A stretch of 64,000 nt of DNA from positions 29,405 through 93,404 of the forward strand of contig JBDLIE010000006.1 in the NCBI GenBank assembly GCA_039715015.1. The letters are read 5' to 3'. The notes below the pieces were generated by a model. The model was not told the DNA's origin and did not search any database. It saw only the letters and a list, made by a program, of their open reading frames with translations. Positions within the stretch are counted from its first letter, which is position 1; the number at the start of each line of letters is the position of its first letter. This DNA is from Thermodesulfobacteriota bacterium. Its GTDB lineage: Bacteria > Desulfobacterota > Desulfobulbia > Desulfobulbales > SURF-16. Positions 9,558-18,084 of the stretch are shown piece by piece. Position numbers and translations under genes: made by a program.

Positions 9558-10232
9558 ATGGCCAACTCCTTGTTCTCATGCCACAGCAACATCCTGTTCG
9601 ACCTTGACGGCACCCTCAGTGATCCACGCCAGGGTATTTTCAACTGTTTCAACCGGACATTAGCCTCCTTAAAAAGGGGCCCTGCAAGTCATGATGAGCT
9701 TACGGCCTGTATCGGCCCGCCCTTGGAGGCGAGTTTTAGCCAGCTTCTCGACACTACGGATGTCAAGAAGGTGGCCGGAGCCGTAGATGCCTTTCGTGCC
9801 TGCTACGGCAAGGGCGGCCTCTTTGAAAACATTCTCTACCCAGGAGTCTCTCTCTTCTTAAAATCCCTACACCAGGGAGGCTGGCAGCTCTTTGTGGCCA
9901 CTGCCAAGAAGGAAGAATTTGCCCGAAAAATCCTTCGCCATTTTCAGATCGATAGTTTCTTTACCGACATAATCGGGGCAGGTGGTCGCCAATCAGGAGA
10001 CAAGGGAAACCTCATTGCCGAGATTATCCAGCGCCATACATTGTCGGCGGCAGAGACCATCATGATCGGTGATCGCAGCCACGATATTGTCGGTGCCCGG
10101 GCCAATAAGATACAAAGCTATGGGGTACTCTGGGGTTTTGGAAGCCACAAAGAACTTGAGGAGGCTGGAGCGACAAAGACCTTCGTCACCCTAAATGAGC
10201 TACAGGAGTTTTTACTGGCGCCCAACGCCTGA
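9558..10232 (+). CDS. HAD-family phosphatase (phosphoglycolate phosphatase-like)
   Basis: LFDLDGTL motif I, VATAK, MIGDRSHDI motif IV, GVLWGFG. Confidence 0.9.
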   Translation: MANSLFSCHSNILFDLDGTLSDPRQGIFNCFNRTLASLKRGPASHDELTACIGPPLEASFSQLLDTTDVKKVAGAVDAFRACYGKGGLFENILYPGVSLFLKSLHQGGWQLFVATAKKEEFARKILRHFQIDSFFTDIIGAGGRQSGDKGNLIAEIIQRHTLSAAETIMIGDRSHDIVGARANKIQSYGVLWGFGSHKELEEAGATKTFVTLNELQEFLLAPNA

Positions 10233-10294
10233 AAAGCGGCAAGATAAGCAGGTGGGGCTGTTACATGGAAGGCTGCATAACAGCACACATCATT

Positions 10295-10903
10295 TTAGGG
10301 GCGCAGGAGCAGGTCCGCCTCTTTTTGGGCGGCTAGGATGGAGTACATGTTGGAGACAAGGCCAACCTCAACCTTATCATCCAAACCAAAATGTTTGAGG
10401 CAGACGCCGCAGGCCACAAACTGAACCCCCAGCTTTTCCAGCTCCTGGGCCTCGGCCAGCACCGGCGAGCCCTGGGCAATAAGTTTTACCCCGGAGTTTA
10501 CCAGGGTAACATGGGTGATATTTTCGGCAAACTGGGCCAGGGTATCAAAATAGGCGAGCATCAACCGGGCCCCGAGCCCATCATCGCCCCGTCCCATGAA
10601 TTCAGAGGAGATATGGACAACAATACGTTTTTTACCCCCTGGCAGAGGACATTCAACGGCTGGTTCGTCCTGAATTTCGCCACCCGCGCCAATGGAAACC
10701 AACAGTTCAAAGTTATCTGCCGCCGGGGATATGACAACGCCATGGCCCTGACTCTCGGCAAAGCGCCTGACATTATCGCGGGAAGCCTCATTATCGACGA
10801 TGACAAGAAGCTCCCCTTCTGCCATTTCTGCCAGGGTGTCCTTCGTCTGTATGACCGGTTGCGGGCATGGAAGCCCCACACAGTTTAGAACCTGCTTTGA
10901 CAT
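10295..10903 (-). CDS. yedF: YedF-like sulfurtransferase/selenium-metabolism protein (TusA + DsrE-like domains)
   Basis: GLPCPQPVI TusA motif, VDN, MGRGDDGLG..LM, NSGVKL, CGVCL, VSNMYSI. Confidence 0.85.
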   Translation of the reverse strand: MSKQVLNCVGLPCPQPVIQTKDTLAEMAEGELLVIVDNEASRDNVRRFAESQGHGVVISPAADNFELLVSIGAGGEIQDEPAVECPLPGGKKRIVVHISSEFMGRGDDGLGARLMLAYFDTLAQFAENITHVTLVNSGVKLIAQGSPVLAEAQELEKLGVQFVACGVCLKHFGLDDKVEVGLVSNMYSILAAQKEADLLLRP

Positions 10904-11126
10904 AATTTGTCACCATCGACATAATTTCTGGCCTGAGACAAAAGACCTTCACCTGCAAAAAACCAAATAATTTCAGCTTCTAAAATAGTGTATAAAGACA
11001 AATAAACACAATAGGTAATCCCAATCTAACAGCGCCATTCTATTTGCTTTTCAGAAAATCCTCCCGTATCTTAAATACAATCGCAGCCGCTACGGCTTAT
11101 CACCTCTTCCCACCACGCAAGAAACC

Positions 11127-12389
11127 ATGACTCTTTTGCACCCCCTCAACAACTGGCTCCAGGAACAGGATATCTCTCCTTTTTTCATTGAGGCCATTAA
11201 TTTTGCCACGGCTGTTGTTCTCCTGATCGTTCTTGGATTCTTGCTCTCCTGGATTGCCCGCCGTTTCCTGGCCCCCTGGTTCGAAAAGCTTGTTTTTAGA
11301 ACCAGTCTCCATTGGGATGATACCCTTGCCCATGTCGGTTTTTTCAAGCGCCTGACCCTGCTTGTGCCTCTGCTTGGCTGTTACAGTGCCGTTGACCTCC
11401 TTTTTGCCAGCCAGCCGGCCTTTTTAGCGCTTTTCAAACGCCTTATCATTGCCTCCCTGGTCTTGATTACCGTTGGCATCTTTAACTCCCTCCTGCAGGC
11501 GATACAGACCATCTATGCCTCTTCGGGCCGGGCCAAAAATCGACCCATCCGCAGTTATCTCGATGCCCTGCAGATCATCTTCTATGTTTTGGCCGCTATT
11601 TTCATCGTGGCCATCATTGCTGATCAATCAGCCTGGGGGATCTTGAGTGTCCTCGGCGGCCTGACCGCTGTCTTTCTCCTGATATTTCGCACCTCGCTGC
11701 TGGGCTTTGTCGCCAATTTACAGCTCACCAATAATAACATGATGCAGGTGGGGGACTGGATCACCATGGAGAAATTTGGGGCGGACGGCGATGTGGAAGA
11801 CATCTCCCTGCATACCGTCCGGGTCAGAAATTGGGACAACACATACACCTCCATCCCCACCTATGCCTTCATGGAAGACTCCTTCCAGAACTGGCGTGGT
11901 ATGGCGGAGTCTGGGGGCAGACGCATTAAGCGCTGTCTCTATATTGACATGAATACGGTGACCTTCTGCAGCCCTGAGATGCTTGGCCACCTGCAAAAAT
12001 TCCAAGTCCTCCACAACTACTTAGCCACAAAGAAAGAGGAGATTGCCGCCCATAACGCCCAGCACCCTGACCAGACATGCAATGGCCGCCGACAAACCAA
12101 CCTGGGAATCTTCCGGGCCTATGTGGAGGCCTATTTACGGAGCAATGAAAATATCAGCACCGAGCTGACCTTCCTTATTCGCCATCTGGCGCCTACCTCA
12201 CAGGGCCTCCCCCTTGAGGTCTATGTTTTTTCCAAAGACAAGGTTTGGGCCAACTATGAAAGAATCCAGGCTGATATCTTCGATCACCTGCTGGCAATAA
12301 TTCCGGAATTTGGCCTCCGGGTCTTCCAGTATCCCTGTGGAGCTGACCTGCAACACGTATCAGCCATGGATAAAAAAAGTTGCCCATAA
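11127..12389 (+). CDS. MscS-family mechanosensitive channel (YbdG/MscM-like)
   Basis: Multiple TM helices; GDWI...GADGDV, VRNWDNT..IPTY, FQNWRGMAESGGRRIKR. Confidence 0.92.
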   Translation: MTLLHPLNNWLQEQDISPFFIEAINFATAVVLLIVLGFLLSWIARRFLAPWFEKLVFRTSLHWDDTLAHVGFFKRLTLLVPLLGCYSAVDLLFASQPAFLALFKRLIIASLVLITVGIFNSLLQAIQTIYASSGRAKNRPIRSYLDALQIIFYVLAAIFIVAIIADQSAWGILSVLGGLTAVFLLIFRTSLLGFVANLQLTNNNMMQVGDWITMEKFGADGDVEDISLHTVRVRNWDNTYTSIPTYAFMEDSFQNWRGMAESGGRRIKRCLYIDMNTVTFCSPEMLGHLQKFQVLHNYLATKKEEIAAHNAQHPDQTCNGRRQTNLGIFRAYVEAYLRSNENISTELTFLIRHLAPTSQGLPLEVYVFSKDKVWANYERIQADIFDHLLAIIPEFGLRVFQYPCGADLQHVSAMDKKSCP

Positions 12390-12479
12390 TTTTGCCATGC
12401 TCCTTCCTCTGCCACCTGTGCTACACTGAAGTAAAAAGTGCACCGCTATTCTTGATGTCACCCAAACATTTTTGAAAAA

Positions 12480-13745
12480 ATGGCAGAAAACAACCTCCCT
12501 CAACGCATCGGCAAATACACCGTCCTAGGTCTTCTGGGCCGCGGGGCCATGGGGGTTGTCTATAAAGGTCTTGATCCTCTTATCCAGCGGCCGGTTGCCC
12601 TTAAGATTATTCGTAAGGCCGCTTTTGACGATGACGAGCTGACTGAGGCCCTGGGCCGCTTTAGACGCGAGGCCCAAGCAGCCGGGCGCCTCATCCATCC
12701 TAATATCGTTACGGTCTATGAGTATGGAGAGGAGAACGACACGGCCTTTATCGCCATGGAGTATGTCGAGGGAAAAAGCCTCAAGGAGGTTTTAAAAGAC
12801 AAACAGAGCTTCACCCTGGCTGAGGTGGCCGATATCATCAGGCAACTTGTCACGGGGCTGCACTACGCCCACCGCAGCGGTATCGTCCACCGGGACATTA
12901 AACCGGACAACCTCATCTTTGCCCAAGACGGCACCCTGAAGATTATGGACTTTGGTATTGCCCGCCTGGAATCTTCCAGCCTGACCATGGCAGGCAGTGT
13001 GATGGGAACACCTTCTTATATGGCGCCGGAACTTTTCAGCGGTGAAGAAGTAGACCAGCGCAGCGATCTGTTTTCAGCCGGCATTATCCTGTACCAGCTT
13101 CTCACCGGCCGCAAACCCTTTGCAGGCTCCTCCATGACCACCATTATGCACCAGGTGGTTAACATCATGCCGCCCAAGCCTTCCCAGCTTGACAACCGCC
13201 TTCCAGCCCCCTTGGACAACCTCATCCAGACCTGCCTGGCCAAGAATCCGGATATTCGTTTTCAAAACGGCGCAGATTTTGGTGCCGCCCTTGACAGGGC
13301 CTTTAGCAAGGTAGACTCCACCCTTGTCACCCTGGCTTGCCATGGCAGAGCAAATTCTGACCAGGAGGCTACTCTCTATGAGCCAGGTCTGAAACCTGCC
13401 CCGCAACAAGCGATCCTGGATAAGATCAAACACCATTCCCTGCCCATCTCCATAGGCTTTGCTGCGGCATTTATTGTCATTGTCCTTTTTTTCCTTTTAA
13501 GGGCTGATGAGCCATCACTTGAGGTGGATGCTGGGCAAACGGCAATCAGCAGCCAGCATAAAAAAAGCGCTGTCCCAAAAACACTCTCGCCAAGCGCCGC
13601 CAAGAAAAAGACGGCTTCTCAGCCTGCTAAACCCCGCACCGGCATTGCCATCACCACCCCCAACCCAGGAAAACGTAAAAAAGATCAGACAGATCGCCCT
13701 GCCTCACGAAACGCCATCACCATCACCGTTCCTGATCGACGTTAA
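12480..13745 (+). CDS. Hanks-type Ser/Thr protein kinase with one TM helix and a low-complexity tail
   Basis: LGRGAMG, VALK, HRDIKPDN, DFG, YMAPE, SDLFSAG; hydrophobic segment near residues 322-340. Confidence 0.93.
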   Translation: MAENNLPQRIGKYTVLGLLGRGAMGVVYKGLDPLIQRPVALKIIRKAAFDDDELTEALGRFRREAQAAGRLIHPNIVTVYEYGEENDTAFIAMEYVEGKSLKEVLKDKQSFTLAEVADIIRQLVTGLHYAHRSGIVHRDIKPDNLIFAQDGTLKIMDFGIARLESSSLTMAGSVMGTPSYMAPELFSGEEVDQRSDLFSAGIILYQLLTGRKPFAGSSMTTIMHQVVNIMPPKPSQLDNRLPAPLDNLIQTCLAKNPDIRFQNGADFGAALDRAFSKVDSTLVTLACHGRANSDQEATLYEPGLKPAPQQAILDKIKHHSLPISIGFAAAFIVIVLFFLLRADEPSLEVDAGQTAISSQHKKSAVPKTLSPSAAKKKTASQPAKPRTGIAITTPNPGKRKKDQTDRPASRNAITITVPDRR

Positions 13746-13843
13746 TCCGAGGCTTCAGGGCTCTTCATTCTTTGCTGTTAACCGGAGAGATGTTATGGTG
13801 CCTGAAAATAAATCAACCACTGCCTGTACTCTGAGTAAAAAAT

Positions 13844-15730
13844 ATGAAACCCAACTTTACCGATTATCTGCGCGACAAGGTCCTTCTTGGCGACGGCGCC
13901 ATTGGCACCTATCTCTACAGCAAAGGCCTTGAGCTCGGCAAAGACACCGAAAGACTGAACCTCAGCGAACCGGATCTGATCTACTCCATCCATGAGGAGT
14001 ATATCCGGGCCGGCAGCCAACTCATTGAGACCAACACCTTTGGCGCTAACCGCTATAAACTTCAGGAGTCTGGTTTAGACAGTAAGATCCGCGATATTAA
14101 CCTGGCCGGGGTGCAACTGGCCAAGCGGGCTGCCGGTCAAGACGTTTATGTGGCTGGCTCCATAGGTCCTTCCGGGATGGATTTTCCCCTATCCACCGGC
14201 GAGGCCGACGAAGAGAGCCTGCAGGGTATCTTCCGCGAACAGATTGAGGTGCTGCTCGAGGGCGAGGTTGACCTTCTCCTTTTTGAGACCTTCACCCATC
14301 TTGACGAATTGGTGCTGGCCCTTAATACGGCCCGGACCTTGACCGGTATTGCCATAGTTGCCCAGATGGCCTACCCCTCCGGTGGGAAAACTGCAGCAGG
14401 AGTCGATGCCCTCACCTGTGGCGAAGCCGCTTTGGCAGCAGGTGCCAACGTGGTGGGCGGCAATTGTGGCCGCGGTGTCTCATCACTGCTTAGCGCCATT
14501 GAGCACCTTTCGCCCCTGCGCGACCAGGTCCCTCTGTCCGCCTTTCCCAACGCCGGCTTTCCCGAGATTGTCGGCCATCGCATGGTCTATCCAGCCGAGC
14601 CTGCCTACATGGTCAAGGCCCTGGCGGAAATGATGAAATTAGGGGCACGGTTGCTGGGGGGCTGCTGCGGTACCACACCATCGCACATCCACGAATTCCA
14701 GCAGCACCTAAAAATTAAAAGACGTCCCTTGGTTCGTTCAGCCGACATCCAGGGCGATAGCAGCCAGAAAAGCGCAGAAAAGAAGGCGAGCCATATTAAT
14801 GGTGCCTTGTTAGAAAACCTGCCTGGAGATCAACTCCCCATTATTGTCGAGCTTGACCCTCCCACCCACCTTGCTGTGGATGGCGTTATTGAGGGGGCGC
14901 GGGTACTGAAAGAAAGCGGCGCCAACGCAATTTCCCTTGGCGAAAATCCTTTGGCTATTCTGCGGGCCGACAACCTGTCCCTGGCCCACCTCATCCATGA
15001 AAAATTGGCTATCCAGACCATTATCCATCTGACCTGCCGGGATCGAAATATCCTCGGCCTGCAGTCACAGATCATGGGTGCCCATCTTCTTGGAATCAGC
15101 GGCATTCTGGCCATTACCGGCGACCCGGCCACCTCCAGCGACCAGCCCGGCACCAGTGGTGTCTTTGATCTTAAGTCCTTTGGTCTGATCAGGATGATTG
15201 ACCTTTTCAACCAGGGTCATAATCTGGCCGGCAAGGCCATGAAGACAGAGACCAATTTTTCCATTGGCGGCGCCTTTTCCTTCAGACCGTCTCGGCCGGA
15301 GGTGCAGATCAGACGCCTAGAGCGTAAAGCAGAACTGGGCCTGAAATTTGTTATGACCCAGCCCATCTTTGATTCCGCTGAAATCGAGCAGATGATGGAG
15401 GCGGTCAACCATCTTGACCTTCTCATCCTGCCCGGCATCTTCCCGCTCATCTCAGCCCGCAATGCCGACTTCCTCCATAATGAGGTGCCCGGCATCTCCA
15501 TTCCGGAGAGCTTACGCAAAAAGCTTTGGCAATATGAAAAGGTGGAGGACCAACGCAAATGCGCCCTGGACTACACCAGACAGCTGATGGGTGATGTTTC
15601 AGATTTTGTCGACGGACTTTACCTGATCAGCCCCTTGAACAAGTGGGAAGTAACAGCCGAACTGACCAGGGAAATCCGGGAGGCCGGCTGGCAGGGCAGC
15701 GGCAGGGTGAAAAATTTTACTAAAGGTTAA
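13844..15730 (+). CDS. yitJ: Bifunctional homocysteine S-methyltransferase / methylene-THF reductase (YitJ-like)
   Basis: DGAIGT, ETNTFGAN, GGNCG, GGCCGTTP Zn ligands; C-terminal VELDPP, HLTCRDRN, ITGDP, MTQPIF, FLHNEVPGI. Confidence 0.92.
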   Translation: MKPNFTDYLRDKVLLGDGAIGTYLYSKGLELGKDTERLNLSEPDLIYSIHEEYIRAGSQLIETNTFGANRYKLQESGLDSKIRDINLAGVQLAKRAAGQDVYVAGSIGPSGMDFPLSTGEADEESLQGIFREQIEVLLEGEVDLLLFETFTHLDELVLALNTARTLTGIAIVAQMAYPSGGKTAAGVDALTCGEAALAAGANVVGGNCGRGVSSLLSAIEHLSPLRDQVPLSAFPNAGFPEIVGHRMVYPAEPAYMVKALAEMMKLGARLLGGCCGTTPSHIHEFQQHLKIKRRPLVRSADIQGDSSQKSAEKKASHINGALLENLPGDQLPIIVELDPPTHLAVDGVIEGARVLKESGANAISLGENPLAILRADNLSLAHLIHEKLAIQTIIHLTCRDRNILGLQSQIMGAHLLGISGILAITGDPATSSDQPGTSGVFDLKSFGLIRMIDLFNQGHNLAGKAMKTETNFSIGGAFSFRPSRPEVQIRRLERKAELGLKFVMTQPIFDSAEIEQMMEAVNHLDLLILPGIFPLISARNADFLHNEVPGISIPESLRKKLWQYEKVEDQRKCALDYTRQLMGDVSDFVDGLYLISPLNKWEVTAELTREIREAGWQGSGRVKNFTKG

Positions 15731-15748
15731 AAGTGAGGCATCCACTTT

Positions 15749-15849
15749 TAAGAATTTGAGCAATAAGAATGTGAGAAATAAGTAGAAGGAAGAGTTGTTA
15801 ATTAAGAAAAGTACCTTCTTCTTAAATTCTTATTTCTCACATTCTTATT
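15749..15849. repeat. Inverted repeat built from short degenerate units between convergent genes; probable bidirectional terminator
   Basis: AATAAGAATGTGAGAAATAAG (15762-15782) is the exact reverse complement of 15829-15849. Confidence 0.75.
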
Positions 15850-15858
15850 TCTGCTTTT

Positions 15859-16140
15859 TCAGTCCAGCCATCCCTGTAATGCATCAACGATCTTCTGGGC
15901 CTGGGCCGGGCTGGAGATATTGAAGTGTGACTTCTTCTGATATTCACCATCCCTTTTTTGATAGCGCCTGATGGTGTAACGATCCGGGCCATACTCCTCT
16001 TTCTTCTTGTCCCATTGCTGGTACCGAAAAATAATGGTGCTCCAGGCTCCCTTGGTGAGGACAACCTTGTCAATTTCCTTCCAAACCAGGATGCCATCTT
16101 CCTCAAAGTCGATGGTCAATTCTTCAATGTTTTCAGCCAT
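15859..16140 (-). CDS. Conserved hypothetical protein (aromatic/basic, beta-rich)
   Basis: 93-aa ORF filling the intergenic space, protein-like composition. Confidence 0.75.
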   Translation of the reverse strand: MAENIEELTIDFEEDGILVWKEIDKVVLTKGAWSTIIFRYQQWDKKKEEYGPDRYTIRRYQKRDGEYQKKSHFNISSPAQAQKIVDALQGWLD

Positions 16141-16232
16141 TTTCTCTTACCTATTTCTTTTTTTCCCTGCTTAGGGGGTGAAAAATTGTAGTTTTGCCTC
16201 ACAAAACCAGCCCCACCATACAAAATACCAAC

Positions 16233-16265
16233 AAAAAAGCCAGGGCAAAATGCCCTGGCTTTTTT
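16233..16265 (-). terminator. Intrinsic terminator downstream of the octaheme cytochrome gene
   Basis: AAAAAAGCCAGGGCA-AAA-TGCCCTGGCTTTTTT. Confidence 0.85.
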
Positions 16266-16320
16266 GTTTCATGGGTACTCATCCCTGCCTAAAAGGCAGG
16301 AGGGGTAAAAAAAGAAACTC

Positions 16321-17739
16321 TTAGAAACGAGCTGCTCCTCTTTTCACCATTGGATCGCCCTTATAGCCAAGAGCTTTCCAGTCAAGACGGCCTTTGTCGC
16401 CATGGCAGTCAAGACATTGCAGCGAGCCTTCCTTGCTGTTAACCATATGGTTAATGGGCCAGTAGGTCTCGGTGGGGGCAAAATCATACTCGCCGGAGAA
16501 TGGAAGACCGGTGGCCTTCATACCAGCGGTGGCTGCCTTCACCCAGTCAAAGTTTTTCCAGAATGCCTCTTTGTCGCCCTTGAAGCCAAAGACCTTGGGG
16601 GTAACAAAATACTTGTTCTTGCTGTCATAGATCTGCTTGCCGGTGTGAATCTTGAACGGCATGATCTTAGCATTCTTGTCCTTCTTGTTACCTAAGGGGT
16701 AGTTGAGCTTAGTAACCTTCTTGGGGTTAATCTTATCACCCAAGTTGTACGCCCCGGCCGTACCGTTATACCAGCGGTAAGTAGGGGTGACATTATCCTC
16801 ATAGGTAAAACGCCCCTTCTTGGCGATAAACACCTTGTGGCCATGCTCCTTCTCAACCTGCTTGTCCTTGGGCAGTTTCTTGGCCTGAGACCAGTCCCAG
16901 CTCATCTTGGTGCCATGAACTTTGGCAAAGGTTGGAATATGACAGGTCTGACAGGCAACGGTCTTGGCATGGTTGTTCAGAATAGACTCGCCATGGGGAG
17001 TTGCATCATGACATCCTTCACAGGTGACCGGTGTGTTGCCGCCCGGAGATACAATAAGGGAGTTACCAGCGATCTGGTGCTCGCTTGTGGTATGACATTC
17101 CTGACAGGCAAAATTGAGGCTGTCGGTACCCATATGGAAGTCCACGGCCTTGGTGGGCTTGATCAGCGAGGTGTCAATGTCACCATGCTTAACATTGTTA
17201 CCACCACCGCCGTTAGCGTGGCAGCGCAGACAGTCGTCACGCTCAGGCTTGCCGACATTCTGGGCCACCTTAACAAGATCGACAGGCTTCTTGTCCATGC
17301 TGGCCTTACCGGTATAACCTGCGGGCATACCAGCACCGGCACCCGGCTTCTTATAGGTACCCGTGGTGTCATGACAGACAAGGCAATCAACCCGAGACTC
17401 ATCACTGAAATCGAAGCTGGCATCCTTCCAGCCATAGCTCACATGACAGCTGGTACAGCGGGGCCAGTTGGAGTTAATGGAGATACAGAAATTGTTCATG
17501 GCATTTTTCTTACCGCGCTTCATCTTCTTGCCGTTAACAACCTGCTCGCTTTCCCATGTCCAATGACTGGTTGCCATCATCTGTTTGGAGGCATCCTCAT
17601 GGCACTCGAGGCATTTTTTTGTCACATCCATAGGAGTGGCAAAGGGCCCGGTGATCTCATGATGGTCGTTGGCGGTTACCATGGATGCCCCGGCCAATAG
17701 GGCCAAAGCTGCCGTGGATAAAATCATATACTTTTTCAT
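16321..17739 (-). CDS. Octaheme c-type cytochrome, tetrathionate reductase (OTR) family
   Basis: Eight CxxCH motifs (CLECH, CTSCH, CLVCH, CLRCH, CQECH, CEGCH, CQTCH, CLDCH), SHWTW, GKKN..NNFC, signal peptide from ATG 17739 after a GGGAGAG RBS. Confidence 0.92.
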   Translation of the reverse strand: MKKYMILSTAALALLAGASMVTANDHHEITGPFATPMDVTKKCLECHEDASKQMMATSHWTWESEQVVNGKKMKRGKKNAMNNFCISINSNWPRCTSCHVSYGWKDASFDFSDESRVDCLVCHDTTGTYKKPGAGAGMPAGYTGKASMDKKPVDLVKVAQNVGKPERDDCLRCHANGGGGNNVKHGDIDTSLIKPTKAVDFHMGTDSLNFACQECHTTSEHQIAGNSLIVSPGGNTPVTCEGCHDATPHGESILNNHAKTVACQTCHIPTFAKVHGTKMSWDWSQAKKLPKDKQVEKEHGHKVFIAKKGRFTYEDNVTPTYRWYNGTAGAYNLGDKINPKKVTKLNYPLGNKKDKNAKIMPFKIHTGKQIYDSKNKYFVTPKVFGFKGDKEAFWKNFDWVKAATAGMKATGLPFSGEYDFAPTETYWPINHMVNSKEGSLQCLDCHGDKGRLDWKALGYKGDPMVKRGAARF

Positions 17740-17904
17740 ACTTCTCTCCCCAAGTAAGTAATTCGTTCTACTTAAGCCGGCTGGCACGACATAGGTAGTT
17801 TTTCTTATTCCATTTTCTGCACTAAAACGAGGCAGGAATGGTCGGCTTGCTCTTCGCCCTTCACAAACAAAAGGACTCCCGACACCAGCACACGACTATA
17901 TACC

Positions 17905-17920
17905 AGCAAGGAACGTGCCA
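17905..17920 (-). promoter_or_regulatory. sigma54 (-24/-12) promoter for the octaheme cytochrome gene
   Basis: Minus strand TGGCACGTTCCTTGCT matches TGGCAC-N5-TTGCW. Confidence 0.85.
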
Positions 17921-17971
17921 GTGCGCCAAGGTGCTGTTGTGCCGTCATTCCAGTTTTAAACAGTGGATAAA

Positions 17972-18039
17972 GTTAACAGAAACAGTTAACAAAAGCGCAA
18001 ACAGTGTTAACGCAAAATTAACGTTAGCATTTTGTTAAC
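17972..18039. promoter_or_regulatory. Putative enhancer (UAS) array
   Basis: GTTAAC at 17972, 17985, 18006 and 18034, plus ATTAAC/GTTAGC variants, lying between the sigma54 promoter and a divergent EBP gene. Confidence 0.6.
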
Positions 18040-18084
18040 ATTTGTTTTAAATTGGCAGATGCTGTTCACCTGAGATGAAAAAGA

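Noticed and set aside
16837..17700. Long antisense ORF (287 aa) and many similar shadow ORFs in the track (e.g. 44523-45323, 42126-42857)
   Set aside because: They overlap well-supported genes on the opposite strand and have no recognisable motifs.
17972..18039. GTTAAC repeats as a CRISPR array or iterons
   Set aside because: Units are 6 bp with short irregular spacing and there are no cas or rep genes; better explained as enhancer sites. No CRISPR array was seen in the window.
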